Below are positions 63,728-64,000 of a stretch of 64,000 nucleotides of DNA, one piece after another. How positions within the stretch are numbered: position 1 is the stretch's first letter; each line of letters starts with the position of its first letter. The stretch lies in the IMG/VR virus record IMGVR_UViG_3300005934_000002, positions 1-64,000 of that record, one strand, 5' to 3'. The notes under the pieces are model-generated. The model saw only the letters and a program-made list of their open reading frames with translations. It had not been told where the DNA came from and ran no database searches. The stretch is from a virus. Taxonomy: Duplodnaviria; Caudoviricetes. The translations under genes and the position numbers were made by a program.

Positions 63728-64000
63728 ATGCAAGAATTAGACAATTTCCATAAAGAACATGGTAAAATAATCAACGAAAAATATCCTGACACTTTTGATC
63801 CTAAATGGTTAGTAATGGAAAGTGGTTGGGGATATTTTCATATGAGTGCTTTAGATAAACAGCCTTTTAAAGAAATGCATAAAGAAGCAGAAGCACTACT
63901 TGATAAGTTTCATGAACATAGAGAAGAATATGGTCATGGTTGGAAAAGTCTTACCCTTCATGGACTAAATGAAGATACGCAAAGTTTAAATCAATATGGT
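63728..64000 (+). CDS. Partial ORF (MQELDNFHKEHG...GWKSLTLHG...), probably another hydroxylase-like oxygenase
   Basis: Frame is open to the window end. GWKSLTLHG resembles the W.LSITSLDG segment of 52397. Confidence 0.55.
   Translation, partial: MQELDNFHKEHGKIINEKYPDTFDPKWLVMESGWGYFHMSALDKQPFKEMHKEAEALLDKFHEHREEYGHGWKSLTLHGLNEDTQSLNQYG

Noticed and set aside
1-64000. Stop-codon reassignment (alternative genetic code) seen in some jumbo phages
   Set aside because: Standard-code ORFs tile the window almost completely, including a 14.9-kb ORF, and TAA, TAG and TGA all serve as real stops.

Overview
This 64 kb window is AT-rich and densely coding, and looks like part of a large T4-like myovirus (jumbo-phage type) genome. 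It has three parts. (1) 1-6.6 kb, mostly minus strand: two putative virion proteins, a ~470-nt structured non-coding region directly downstream of a small GIY-YIG nuclease gene, and genes for gp46/gp47 (Rad50/Mre11-like) and a gp55-like late sigma factor. (2) 6.7-38 kb, plus strand: a baseplate/tail operon (tube-initiator-like protein, gp53, hub, gp5-like spike, gp25, gp6, a 4970-aa wedge-like protein and three paralogous fibre-like proteins). (3) 38-64 kb: a large tailoring-enzyme island with 8 radical SAM proteins, about 6 2OG-Fe(II)/cupin oxygenases, about 6 glycosyltransferase-like proteins, UDP-glucose dehydrogenase, two PLP aminotransferases, an amidinotransferase, a QueC-like PP-loop enzyme, a methyltransferase, SDRs and a kinase-like protein. 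T4-late-type NTAA(A/G)TA promoters recur throughout, often 4-5 nt before a start codon. The best candidates for undescribed biology are the GIY-YIG plus structured-RNA unit (1790-2702), the late-promoter-linked radical SAM/glycan modification island, and an overlapping sigma70/late promoter switch at the gp55 gene. All family assignments come from motif recognition by eye; no database searches were run.
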